Shown: piece by piece, positions 52,679 to 64,000 of the stretch
Numbering within the stretch: position 1 is the stretch's first letter
How the letters are laid out: each line of letters opens with the position of its first letter
DNA from: Trichoplax sp. H2
Lineage: Eukaryota
NCBI GenBank assembly: GCA_003344405.1
Contig: NOWV01000109.1
Span: forward strand, 1-64,000
Reading direction: 5' to 3'
DNA: 64,000 bases
Notes under the pieces: model-generated
Database searches by the model: none
Seen by the model: only the letters and a program-made list of their open reading frames with translations
Told to the model about the DNA's origin: nothing
Translations under genes and position numbers: made by a program

Positions 52679-55600
52679 GTCTCAGCGCTATATGCCGGTA
52701 GATTAGATGAACCAATCTTTGTATCTGTGCTAGATCTATAATTTGATTTGAAACCTGAACTTGGTCTCTGACTTCGACCACACAGGAAACATCCAATAGA
52801 GGCTAGCAGTACTAAATAGATTTGCATAATGACAATGTTTAGACTATATTAGCTATAGATGAACAATTTAACATTAACGAGTTAGCTCTAAATGTAATTT
52901 TAGCTTGATTAGTCAGAAACTAACTCAAAAATAATGCAACACCACCGCCAATTGCTGTCCAAGCCCATACTTTAAGTCCACCATAAACTTGCTCCCAGAT
53001 AATTGTATTCTGAGTTGAGGTCGTAGGGGATACAGTGGTATTAGATATGATTACAATTAAAGGTGGCGAATTTTGCATAACATTCATTGCAACTACCTAG
53101 TAAACAAGTAATAATGAACAATTAATTTGCACGACATGTAGCAGTAATGAAGATTAAATTTTTAAATACATGCAACAGATAATGAACTAAGTTAGATAAA
53201 GAAATAGATGGCTCACTTTTTGTCCATTTATCGTTGCTGTTAATTGCTTGTTCATGACATAACTACGAAGGATGGTCTGAGCATTATTTAGTTGCAATGG
53301 CTTACCTTGGAATACTACCTACAGATTAAGTGTTTTAGACAATATATTGTTTTATTCTTTAGAAATTTAAACTATGCATCTTTCAATTGAATCTCGTAGG
53401 AAGTGGATAGATGGCAATTAAAAAATTAAATAAAGTGTCGAACAAGTTAAAATATAGTAGTATTTGAAAATGCGTATCAGCGCTTGCAATTATTATAATG
53501 TATAGTTGTGTATATTTGAACTTTATCCAGACTGTAGTATCTAAAGATAAGCAGTAATATTATGTTCTTTTTCAATCGATACTTTTAGGCGTATGAAAAC
53601 CATACTCAGGAAATTAAAATTACAAAATCATATTAATCATAGACAGACAGCCTACAAGGCGATTTCTAATTATATATAATTCATCGATTTCACTTTAAAT
53701 ATACCGTTCAGTAGTTAGTTATAAATGCAGAAGTGTTAATTGAATTCTTGTTTAGATATAGAAATATTTATAAAATCTATTTCATGGGTTTATTCTCCTA
53801 ACAGTACTAACAACGATACTATAAAAAGGGTACTTATCAATATATACAAACGAGGATACCAATTTTAACAGAGACAAACTTATCGCGGAAAAGCGTGATA
53901 CATTATTATTGTAATTAGGAACGTTTTTAGATGTTAAGATAATATTGTCTTAATTTGTTACAGCATCTATATGCTGTTCTTATCTGTGTAAAAGATGTAT
54001 TAGAATTGCTAATCCTGTTATAAGCGACAATAATTTGATTTAGCACCTTTCATTTAAATATTTTTATAATATCGAGTTTTCTACCATTATACGAGTAAAT
54101 CCATTACGACTTACGAACCGTAAATATTGTTTGCTGCTTGACGGAATTTATAGAAACAGTTATACTTGCAAAGAAAGCAGCCTACATAAAAATAAATTGC
54201 ATTTAATCCCATCATGATTTAATACGTTGTATTTACTCTACGTACGATAAATTGCTATTATTTTCATGACTAATGAAGATTTTATTAACATCAGCGTATA
54301 TTATATAGGCTAGAAGATTATACACATATTTTATCCGCTAAAATAGAACTGCTATATCTAGATAACGAGATGGTATTTTTATAATTACGACAATATTTAT
54401 TTACATAAATCAAAATTGATACTTAATTATTTAATTTTCTCTGCAAGTATTGACTATCTCATTGCCTTACCAGTGATTGAAGTTGAGATTTAAAATTAGC
54501 TATTAGTTGCGTTGCCATTCCAGTAACATTTTTCTCAGCGAGTGGAAAGATAATCTACCATTGTAAAACGTCAATATAAGTTTGTTAAATGCGTAATTTA
54601 AATAGATTATAAATCAAAACAACTACTGGTACTGTACCCTTGATCAATTTTAAAATAATAGCGATAATATCATATTTTACCTCATTTTGAACCTGAAGAT
54701 TTGTACCTACATCTGATGCAATTAAGGAGAAAATAAATTGCTTTCTTAATTACAATAATTTCGCTCATTTTAATTCTGCTAAAACTGATTTACTAAAATG
54801 TACAGTACGCTAATGATTAAAATTAGATCATTTAAAGAAATCTGAAACATATTTTATTTACTGAAGCAAGTCGAACGATTAGGAAAATGAAAACTTCCAG
54901 TAGGGCAGGCTTCATAGCACGATCCGGCATAAATATAGAATTGATCTTGGCATACACTGCATATGGAAATGTTATGGCAGGAGCGGCAGTTTGCTGGACA
55001 TACTAAGGTCATAATTTGAATAATCACCATATGATGTGATCAACTTTCTAGTTTTAAAGCAATCGGATAACCGATATAATGACGCTATGACATTGAGAAT
55101 GTATTTGGAAAGTTATTTACACTGTGGGAACATTCCATTCAATTGTAAGTTAGCTCTAGCACAAGCTTTCTCAATCGGTGGACAAATCATCGTTCTGTTA
55201 CATTGGCTAAAGGTAATAGTAGATACACCAGGGCGACATATCTTCTGTTCTCCTAATTTTAGAAAAATCATGACAATGATCAGGCAGTTTTAAAACAGTT
55301 TTAATGCTACTTAAGACATGTACTGTATATAGGGTCTTGAGAAAGGTGTCATACCTAAAATATAAGATCTATATATTAGTTTGTTTCCCATGTTATAAAA
55401 ATTTCCTCAACGAGATTATAATCTACCTCCATAACTGATTTTTATTTGAACTTGTTTTGCTATAGGATTGTAAACGCAAGTATGCTGAATACAAAATCCT
55501 TGTTCTGTATTTGAGGAACCTTGTCTGCTAAGTATGCATTTAGCATTCTTACGTACGGGATCACAGGCATCGCCTACAGTTTTTATAATTTATTAGTAAT

Positions 55601-58600
55601 TGCGTATATTTCCTGGTCAAGCGTAATCAGGATTACTAGCTACGTAAAATATAATAAAGATTCTAGAAATGTAAATATGCCGGAAGCATTTCGTAACACA
55701 GTTTGGATAAGGTAGCTATATAATAATTTCTACTGCACGTGATAACAAAAATCAGCAAGATCTAGCTAATAATGAATAGAAAATAGTATTATATTAGAAA
55801 CTAAGTATCTGAATGTATCCCATAAATTACTGCTTTTAGTTCCACCGAAACAAACGCTATTTACAGCTGCTACCATCACTGTACAGCCGTTCATCCATGG
55901 GTTTGTTCCGCATATCCCCTACATAAATTAATCCAATGATAAGGGCATTGATTAATAATCGATTGGCAGCATAAGCCAATTCCATAATATATGATCTACG
56001 GTACATTGTTAATGCCTTACTTTTACATATTGTATGTTTAACATTAATTGCCTATTCGATGGAGGTAACAATGCGAAATATATTATTGAACGGTTTTAGT
56101 ATTTAATTTAAGCTAGAGAATTTAAGGGAAATTTATTGATATAGTATTTAATTCTATCTACTTTATACGGCAGATTAATTCATGCTTTATGATGAAATTC
56201 TAGAATGAGTGGATTTCTCCCCTTTGTCGCTATACTCTATAGTTAAAACTTGATGTAATTATTTTATACCAGCTATAAGACTTTCAGTATTTAAAATTAT
56301 GTTACGGGATCTATTAGCAAATCTAACCGCAGCATCGTAATCGTAGGTGCAACCATTAGAGCCAATATTGCAGACGTAAGGATAGTTAGTAGAGTTTTGA
56401 CAAGATCCAGTTATAAAGCGGCATCCTAGACCTAGCATTGAATATAAGGATAGTATTAAGCAATTAGTAATAAGAGTAAATTGTAACAGCTTTATTATTG
56501 CATTATGATATCTGATGTAGAAATAGAAGCATGAATATTCCATTAAGATAAAAAGGTGTATTACCTCTTCCCCATAATAATTTACGGTTAGAAATAGCGC
56601 TAAAATTAGCTTTATACCAGCCGGAATCTTCTAAAGCAGCAAGAGTGAATCGGGTTAAACTCTCAATCCTACAGAAAATAACGCTTATTAGACATGAAAG
56701 TAAATAATCTTCTAAGAAGTACCAGCTAAATTTTCTGTGAATACTTTCTTTGATAAATTTTTAATCATAGCCATTAAGAATAAAATGAAAACACCTTCTA
56801 ATGCCAGTAATCGTAGCAGCTGTCATAACTTCATCACGTAATATTTTCATTTCCCAATGAGACCTATTAGTCAGAGATTAATTTCTGTCCTTGTATCTAT
56901 TAGAGTAGTCACTAATATAATGAAGATTATTATTACCCAACACCATTAAATGCTCCGTAATCTTCTAATTCTACGCCTTCCAGAGTGCTACAATTAAAAA
57001 ATTCGCGGCCAATTTCTACCACCTTGACCGTATTAAATATATTGCCACAAGTTTCATTTAGTTATAGTAAATTACCGGTATCAGTAATAATATTATGAAA
57101 GTGCTATTACTTTAGGCGACGCTAGCAATGCAACTGATCTGCTATTAATATTCGTAAATTTGATGGCATCATAACTTGTACCATTAGGTCGTGAAAATCT
57201 GGAATGAAATCGGATAGATACTTAATATGCGATGAACCATATTCGATTCTATACCGGTACCTCTACAGATAAAATTATGTAAATCAACTAGCATACTTTC
57301 GGAAGTAGCTATTAGCAAATCCCAAAGCGTGAAAGACCTCATGGATACCTAAATGGCGCATAGTCTCATATTCCCCTTGAATATCGAAATACTGTTAGGC
57401 GAAAATTATAGCATATTTTCAGGAACTTGATGATGTTGTCTGGAACATTCACAGCATCACAGCCACGTAAAATGAAGAAATTATCTATTGACTAGTATTA
57501 GTGTAAAATAAATAGTATACATACATTCGGACAAAAGTTGATATAACCCGAAAATGGTTGGCCATTGCTGTATGAAACGCAAGCATTAGCGAAGCCTAAC
57601 GTTCCACCCTTGCATAAATCTAAATACATGCATGCAAGGTAGAAGGAACATGATTATAACGCCTTTATAGGCCTTAATCGATGCTAAAAATGGTATTGAA
57701 ATAATTAAAGGCTTCTTATAATAACACCCCTGATAGATTAACTTTCAAATGTGTGCTCGAATATTTAAAATTTAACCGGATTAAGCTAAATTTTATACTG
57801 TGATTAAATACCAGTACTTAGATAATATTAGCAGTAGATATATAAGTATAGCTGATTCTTGCTTATTCCAATTAATATTGAATTAATATTCCGTGACTAC
57901 AGTTATACCATCAATATAAACGATAGATGGGAATTGATTAATCGATTAACTACTTAGAGTTGAGTAAATCAATCACTGGTAGTATAAATGATAAAGTAAA
58001 TTAAAATTCAGGGGAAAAGGCAATCATAACCTAGTCGAAGTAATCTTATTGCAAAATATATTATTAGGCTATTGTATAAGAGTTTAATTGATGCAAACCT
58101 GTAAGCATTGAAAACACGTAGATGATAAAATCAGTATTGGGTATACCACCCCCACCATATTCATAGCAACTACTCGGTGATGAAGTTGGGCAATAAGTTA
58201 CTCTTTGAAAATGCTGTTCAATCACTTTTTCAGTTACAAAACTAGGTCCACAACCGAAATTGGTTAGAAAACGACATTTGCCAGCATTGGGTCCGGAAGT
58301 CCAAGTCGATGAACAGGTTAAAAATGATAAATTACCCTGAAGTGGTGTAACTGAGAGTGCACTAGTAAAGTAATTGACCACATCTGGCATTAAAACATTT
58401 TTTAAGAATTTCTTGGATGGCTTTGGAAGGTAGATTTTATCGTCAGCATAATAGGTATGGATGCGAATTGGCTTTTTCTCGTTGTCAGCTCGTAGATTTC
58501 GATTCTTATTCTGTATAGCAGCTCCACCGATAAAACCTTTTTGCTTTCGAGTTATCTACATGATAGTAATGATTATGTTAGAAAGAATACGGCAAATTGA

Positions 58601-60212
58601 ATTATAGATCATTAACAAAAACTGTTGCTTATTGCTCTTTGTATTTACGACGATAATCAGCAACATGAGTATGAATTCAATGGAGTATTGGCAATTGTGT
58701 CATATGTCTATACGAAAATTTTATGTAATTATAGCTATTAAATATGATATTGAGGATTCTAATGTGTCCCATGCTTTACCAGTACTGATCATTCTTCGCT
58801 AAATAGGTGTCATGAGAATTTTTGCAACATTAGTAATTTAACCTGCATTACGGAGATGATTAATTAGGAGCAATTTAGTGATAAAAGTTAAATTGTAGAC
58901 TTGAATCTGTTTTAACTATTCTCTATCTAAGTTTTGGTTAGATGATAGTAGCATCGACAGCAAGATTGTTAGAGTTTAGAAATTTCCGAAGATCCCTATG
59001 AATAAGTTTCTATCTTCCGTTATAGAAATAGTTATACGAAGCTGAGGGCGATAATATAACTTAAGTTTTAAGCTGTATTAAGCTATTACTGATTCTCTAT
59101 TGCTAGTGTGACAATCATAGTATCCATTATGAATTTGTTAAACTTAGGGGAATAACATCAGACCTTAAAACTAGTTAAAAGGTACAGGGAATTTATAAAG
59201 CTGTTGGGTAAATAGCTATGAGAAAACTTAAAATATTACATTATAGGCATTAGGCGGGTACTTTCAAAGGTCTCGAGCGAGTTTGGTTATAATTTTATTG
59301 ATGGTCTTACTGTGAATAGAATATTTTTGTAACTATTCATCTATACAAAATATGCACCTGTGATTTGGTATTTATGCTGGTGCCTGCAATAACAGCATTA
59401 CATTTATTGAATCTACTAAATTACTAAATTCCGAGCTTACTATCGTAAATCGTCTAATTTTCTTGAATCAGTTTGCGGATTAGAGCGTAATTTTTAGAAA
59501 ATTTGCTGCTATAAGTTACAAGAATCAAAACCATAATCTATAGTTAAATCAATGATGTATAACCATTAGTCAACAGATAATACTATTTTTCTCTACACAA
59601 AAAATTCCAGATACAAAATTGTCGCTGATATCAATATACTACCCAAATTAAAAACTATCAATTTTAAGTGTTACTATGATTCGATTATTCTTTCTGAGAC
59701 TTTTGTAATCAAGTTTTGTTTATCTTTATAAACTATTGCTACTCTGTTCGTTAATTAGTCTACAGTAATTACGATTTAAGATCGAGCTAGTTCTAAGAGA
59801 TCTATTCTATTTTCTCGTCATTATTTGGCTCTCATTTTTTGGTAAATAAGCTTAAAATTAGAAATATTTAGAATATAAAAATTATATTATTATGAAAGCT
59901 ATGATCTATTATCTGTAGATCATTTAATCATTTTTAGACAGCGAAAAGAGTAATAAGATTTCATGAGTGCTTAATTAGAATAGTTTATCATTAATTTTCA
60001 AGTTGTGTCTGATGAGCTTGAGAAAGAATTTAATTAATATATCCTACTTCATAACATTTAGTAACAATTATCTGTAATAACATTCGAATACTGTAAAATA
60101 ACAGTTTTCTTACCTTATGATGAGCACATAAGTGACAGTTGGCACAGGAGATAGCTGCCACTAATATAGTGCACGTCAACAAGAGTAGGGTACGAATAAG
60201 AGTTGGAGGCAT
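52679..60212 (-). CDS. Leishmanolysin/invadolysin-like M8 metalloprotease paralog 3: signal - M8 - 1 furin-like repeat - stalk - TM - tail (final exon unresolved, beyond 52679)
   Basis: Exon 1 at 60212-60114 (MPPTLIRTLLLLTCTILVAAISCANCHLCAHHK), exon 2 from 58555 (KPIRI). HEVFH at 57343-57329, SHWEMKILRDEVMT, TLAALEDSGWY, WGRGLGCRF. Furin-like exon 55002-54862. TM IWEQVYGGLKVWAWTAIGGGVALFL|ILLASIGCFLCGR. Confidence 0.92.
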
Positions 60213-63200
60213 CGTGATCGAAGCGATGTGGGCTGGATGTTTTGAAGGGAATATTGTATTTGGAGTAGAGACTTGAGTGACTAAACTAATTAGCTAGTCA
60301 ACCAAATAATGTGTGATAAGATATCATAAGTTAAGAAGATCCTAATCAAATAACAGGATCGAATTTGAATCTCGAATTAATTGTACGGTAGCTATAAAAT
60401 CTGATTCGTTTTTACTTATTGGATAGGACAACATTAATTGTTACCAAGCTCCTTGCGTGGAATTCTCTTAATTATTTATTCTACTTATGCTTGCAAGGTT
60501 AATTCAAACACGCCCAATTAGTTTAATAGTAATTACTTAAGCCCTAGAATTAATAATAAAATTAATTAATGAATTAATGAATATTTAATCGCAATAAATT
60601 GACACTAGGAAAAGAATCTTGCAAGGCTGATAATACGCATGCTTATTTCTAGTTTTTAGAATGATAATTATTCAAGTTTAAACTTATATATTATCAATTT
60701 ATCTTTACGATATGATAATTTTCTTTTATGCATTAATGTATGGCAGATCTTATTTTGCGCGTTTGAGATTATTTAAAGTAGTAGATAGTTATTTTTAATT
60801 AATTTTCTTATTACCATAATCTCAACTGTATTATCATATTCACGAAGAAAGCAACGCTATTGGTACTCGAATATTATGCCGTGTTAAATGTACAAGAGTA
60901 CTAAAATTTGTACCGAATATGACTTTATAGACAAGTAGGATAACTAGACAAATAGCTATTTATACAGAGGGAGGCAATAACTTATTTCGAACGATGGTGA
61001 ATCTCTGTAGCTGTTATAGCTGAGATTTTATTTGCTCTCAACGGATACTTAAAATACTTAAGTAATGGCGGAAAATTCATTTAAATCTCATCTTGTATCA
61101 TTAAAATATAATAGATTCTCGGATATTAATTAATATTACCGACGACATTACTATAGCAAAATTTCTTGTAAAACTCATTAATAATCTATTAGGGTTAGGA
61201 AATAAATATGGTACTAAGTTGTAGAGGATAATTCGCTTTTTGACAATTCTAAGAGCTTGCAGTTTAACTGATACCAATACGAGCAAAATAAATAAACATC
61301 TACTATAATCTACGTGTTGATTCTGATCTTACAATTAGAGAATAGCTACTAGAATTCCTCAAGACTAATAATTTAAATTCAATACATCGCACTTATAAAC
61401 TTATCTACAGCTACCTAAGTTTTAAAAAGTGCATAAGCAAATGGTCCTACTATGCAAAATACAAGAGATGAAAGGTTAAATCAATTAGTTATCAAGTCAA
61501 TAGTCCCTATTCGTAGACATTATTGATATGGATGGAAGTACACATTAAAGTAGAGTCAAGAAAATGTTAAAAATTGTATTCCAAACTAATAGGCGCCAAT
61601 AAAGTGGGATCAAACACGAGATAATGACAGCAAAGAAATAAAATCATGGCGTCTAAGTATACGTAAAATAATCAAATTAATGATTCTTTTTTGTAAATAT
61701 TTTTCAAATTTATGGAAAATGCTTTTGATATCTTAAACTTTAAGTAGTAAATATATCTAAATTTGGTATCGTAATTCCATTTAATAACTGAAAGTAAAAG
61801 ATAAAATGCATGATGATCGCAGTATACAAATGAAATCGGCTATCCTGGCAAAGGAGATCAAATTAATGAGGCTTTGGTCCAAAATAACTCTGTTTACAAA
61901 AATGTGCGTGATGTCTTAAATATAATAGCCAAGAAATGTATCAACAAAATTGTACTGAAAATCTTAATGGGAAAGGATAATATACAGAATAATCAAGCTA
62001 ATGAAATTACAGGATTTCTTTCAATTAGTGATTATGTTAAACCAATGAACTTACACATATTTTGCAAATATTAATTATGACTGTCAAAACGCAATTGATA
62101 ACATATCCTACACTGTTGAAGAGAAACAGATGAATAAAATTAAATTAAAATTTTATAGATAGGAAATTGACGATGTAAGGAAGATTGAATGTAAGTAAGC
62201 AAATTTAAGGAATTAAATCGATTTAGGATAAAGCCGATGAATTTGCATTTTCAAGAGATGAAATGTATGAGAATTAAAATAATGATAAAGTGCAGGATAT
62301 GAATAAATCGACGATAAAAGCTATCAACATCTGCAGATTTTAGATTTCAAGATCACACTAATTATTGAAAAGACCAATCATGGGCTGTCGTAAGAAATAA
62401 AATATTTATGCTAACTACTTAAATCCAAAATAATGAAAATAAGCCAAATAAACGATGAAGGAAATTCAAAATATGTTTACCAATATCAGCAAGATAAATC
62501 ACGTGTCTATGACTATGATGCTTCGGAAAGTGCAAGATACTGGTACCCAAAACGGGCACAGGAATGTTATCAACATCCCAATTTTTATACAATATTGGAT
62601 TATATGTTTACATACAATAAATTAATTTTGAAATTATAGAATGTATAAAATCATTTGATTACTTATTCAGGATAAAATATTTGTTTGTTTAGATGAATAA
62701 TTGCATGAACACATATTAATTTACAAAATAGTAAAATAGTTTGATCAGATTAGTATTAAAAATATTTGATATAAATTCAAATGTAATTTTATTATAATCT
62801 AGTGATAATACACAAGAAATGGTTATTTTGTTTTCTATATTTTACAATTCTTAATCTGCTACCGTATATATTTTTGTTTTAGGGTTTCCACTTTAACTTT
62901 TATGAGAACACTACGATGAAGTAATGAGTTATAAGATAGTGTTTAAGCTAGCAGTTATTTTGATTTTCTTGCGCTTGGTTTGTATTTTCAGCGGATTTTT
63001 TCTTTTGTTTCTCCATATAACGTAGGTAAAGCAATGAGAGTGTCGCCAATATTATTACTGGAAATAGAATCAACCATAGTAAACGTTATTTAGGCGATGT
63101 AAATATTAAAAGAAGAGTATTGGTGACTGTTCCTATATTGCATAAGATTTTTGATCAACCATTGTGAACTATTTAACTATGATCAATAATAACGAAATTA

Positions 63201-64000
63201 ATTGAATTCATTTATTGATGCATGTAACCTATCCTGCAGATAAACAAGAGCATTTGCAAGGACCATCCAGTATATATTTTATTATTTATGAAAATCTATT
63301 GCCAAATATTTGTTAATACTGAATATAGACTACAAAGATTCAACAGATTCAACTTTTGCACTGCTTGTTAACGCGTACATCAAATAATTACAAATCTTGA
63401 TTAGATTACTACGGTTGTGCTTTATGTTTATTTAGATTCCTTTTCAATTGTAGATGGATTTGCATATTAAAATCATAAGTGTAGTGTAATCTAAAGGAAT
63501 AAGATAGAAGATTACTATGAAGAAAGATCTATAAGTTTAACTCCGTTATAAATTTTAAGGATCTAAGAAAGATTATTGAACATCAATTTTAAGGGCCTAG
63601 AGAGAATTTTTGACATCCCATCAGATTATTAATGGAAAAGAAAAAGAATCAAGAGAGCATCTCATATCAATTGGGATGGTCTAGAGATTAAGCTTGGAAT
63701 ATCCAAATCAACTGTAGTGATTGAGAGATATACTAATATATGATCTACTCAATAAATTAAGATAATTATTAGTTAGTATTAAAAAAGACAGCTGAGAATC
63801 TTCAAGGCCGATCGTAGAGTCGTAATGAAATCTTTACACTTAATTCTATCCGTCAAATTATGAAAAAGATTCCGGAATGCTTATTTATTATTAAATAAAG
63901 CCTAGATTACTTGCTGTGTTTGTGTATTAAAATCTAACTGGATTATTAATTTTTGTGGAATTTTAACACAGCTAGGTCGAATCCCTTTGCTAATCATATG

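Noticed and set aside
61100-63400. Hydrophobic short frames on the minus strand and ORF 62433-62639
   Set aside because: Frequent stops and no family motif. The pattern is explained by strand-biased AT richness, though a decayed membrane-protein gene cannot be excluded.

Overview
AT-rich, intron-dense animal genomic DNA with many introns of about 70-200 nt and one 20-N gap. It is probably placozoan (Trichoplax-like), which is an inference from composition and gene content only. Left to right the window holds: a decayed piggyBac-like element with a TACAG-rich tail; an HPRT gene (+); a small single-pass membrane protein gene (-) whose TM region aligns without gaps to TMIE; a complete ionotropic glutamate receptor subunit (-) with glycine-type ligand-binding residues; three leishmanolysin/invadolysin-like (M8) metalloprotease genes (+, -, -); an orphan Tyr-motif terminal exon; and several local tandem repeats. 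The three M8 genes carry 4, 2 and 1 furin-like repeats, a stalk, a TM helix and a cytoplasmic tail. The most notable result is that the TMIE-like gene and all three M8 proteases share one juxtamembrane/TM module (x-D/E-x3-4-G-(V)-L-[KR]-V-W, then a Cys-containing TM exit), split by a phase-1 intron at essentially the same position. One M8 paralog has also lost both its third zinc ligand (His to Tyr) and its propeptide cysteine switch. Exons were spliced by hand. Comparisons with human proteins are from memory and need alignment checks.
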